A stretch of 37,404 nucleotides of DNA from Myxococcota bacterium (GTDB lineage Bacteria; Myxococcota; JACRCW01). Position 1 is the stretch's first letter, and every line of letters begins with the position of its first letter. The DNA lies in the NCBI GenBank assembly GCA_040752415.1, contig JBFMGU010000091.1, positions 1 through 37,404 on the forward strand, in the 5' to 3' direction. The position numbers and the translations under genes are program-made. The notes below the pieces were generated by a model, which had not been told where the DNA came from, did not search any database, and was given only the letters and a program-made list of their open reading frames with translations. Shown one piece after another: positions 36,389-37,404 of the stretch.

Positions 36389-36702
36389 AACCCCCGCCTG
36401 AAGGCGCGCCTCGGGCGCCCGCGGTGATGGCCTGGTTTTTGTTGGTGACCGCATCTGTCATTGCTGCGTCAATTTCGTCGTGCGTTTCTCCTCGGCCCGC
36501 AAACGGCACTGAATCTGGGCAAGAAGAAGTCAGCCAGGTTCGCTGTGCGCCGGGGAGGCCCCTCGCGGCGGAGGTGGTTGGCACGCAGCAGATTGCCGTT
36601 GAGACGCACGAGTGTGCGGGGAACTCGAGACTGGTACGAGGAGTCGGCTGCGCGCTGCAAGTAGCGGGCTTGGATGGCGGACTTCGAACTGCGCTTCCCT
36701 GA
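36385..36702 (+). CDS. Putative immunity protein for the orphan tip (lipoprotein-like; possibly the 5' half of a frameshifted gene)
   Basis: ATGA overlap with the orphan stop and a GAGGAGGA RBS. A hydrophobic segment ends in ISS-C. Confidence 0.5.
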   Translation: MKPPPEGAPRAPAVMAWFLLVTASVIAASISSCVSPRPANGTESGQEEVSQVRCAPGRPLAAEVVGTQQIAVETHECAGNSRLVRGVGCALQVAGLDGGLRTALP

Positions 36703-37223
36703 ACTGGGAAGGAGTCCAATGCGAGGACTTCCATTACGTGCCCGTGGAGCGAACCTGTTTCACGGCGGTAGGGCGTGGCGGAGTCCCACGTGTGGAGATA
36801 GAGTCCTGGGCTGTCGACTCGCAACCGTGGTCTCCCACCAACGCCAACCCCGCAGCGGTCGCATGGAGGGTATCTTGCCTGCGATCGTCACTTGGCCCGT
36901 TCCACGAGGTGAACCACGCAGCGAAGGGACGGACTAGAGGGTCGGTGTTGTACAGCGAGTCAGTCGCTGAAATCGTTGATGCGAAGGACCCTGGGCCTCA
37001 TACACCATGCATTTGGGCGTACGACCTCAAGTGGTGGATAGAAACGTCGATGAGGCCACGTCGGCGCGTGCAGAGATGGGCAGGCCTGTCCCAAACGGGT
37101 GCGGTTTTTCTTGAGCAGATATGCACGGACGCTGAATGCCGCGTTGGTGGAATGGTCGCCGAACGGTTATTGGCCGACTGGGCCGCGAATTGCGTGCCTT
37201 CGCCGCTGGAGAACGTCCAATGA
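36612..37223 (+). CDS. Hypothetical protein, possibly the 3' half of the 36385 gene
   Basis: A 203-codon open frame with protein-like composition from about LNWEG onward, overlapping the previous ORF in the -1 frame. No convincing start of its own. Confidence 0.4.
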   Translation: MCGELETGTRSRLRAASSGLGWRTSNCASLNWEGVQCEDFHYVPVERTCFTAVGRGGVPRVEIESWAVDSQPWSPTNANPAAVAWRVSCLRSSLGPFHEVNHAAKGRTRGSVLYSESVAEIVDAKDPGPHTPCIWAYDLKWWIETSMRPRRRVQRWAGLSQTGAVFLEQICTDAECRVGGMVAERLLADWAANCVPSPLENVQ

Positions 37224-37278
37224 AGCGAAAGAGGCTCGGACATGGCAACCGGATAGTGGCCAACGTGTCCGCCGCACG

Positions 37279-37404
37279 GTAACCGTCCGGCACGGTGATC
37301 TTGTGGTCGGTTGATTATGGGCGGAGAACTACGCAGCCTGGGGGATATCTGCGTCCGGTCCGAAGCGGTGCTTCCAGTGCTGGGGCAACAGCTCGTCGAT
37401 CCGG
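37279..37404 (-). mobile_element. IS66-family insertion sequence, right end (continues beyond the window)
   Basis: The terminal sequence GTAACCGTCCGGCACGG at 37279 fits IS66 inverted repeats, which begin GTAA. It lies 50 nt beyond the stop of a transposase-like C-terminus. Confidence 0.8.
37329..37403 (-). CDS. tnpC: C-terminal 24 aa of IS66 transposase TnpC (partial)
   Basis: The minus strand translates RIDELLPQHWKHRFGPDADIPQAA*, matching the IS66 C-terminal signature xIDELLPxxW. It is too short to appear in the ORF track. Confidence 0.8.
   Translation of the reverse strand, partial: RIDELLPQHWKHRFGPDADIPQAA

Overview
GC-rich bacterial window, most likely from Myxococcota or a related deltaproteobacterium (inferred from a MYXO-CTERM-like sorting tail and Myxococcus-type Cys repeats). 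From left to right: (1) the 3' part of a very large acidic Ca-binding-repeat surface protein; (2) a macro-domain gene, yajQ, rimO and a Ser-rich lipoprotein; (3) a REP-associated tyrosine (Y1/HUH) transposase between ~93-bp structured inverted repeats; (4) a GntR/FadR operon with a visible promoter and operator, encoding a C45/Ntn hydrolase-TPR protein and a sphingosine-1-phosphate-lyase-like PLP enzyme; (5) cyanophycin synthetase with isoaspartyl dipeptidase and no adjacent cphB; (6) a membrane protein with TSP3-like repeats, an APC transporter and kdsB; (7) a ~14.4-kb polymorphic toxin locus; (8) the end of an IS66 element at the window edge, which the ORF track misses. The toxin locus has a lipoprotein-like ORF that looks frameshift-joined to a 3666-aa ZU5/SpvB/FG-GAP/RHS protein, a lipoprotein-like immunity gene, and an orphan Zn-phospholipase-C-like toxin tip with its own putative immunity gene. 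No tRNA, rRNA or CRISPR array was recognised. All family calls come from motif recognition by eye; no database search was run.
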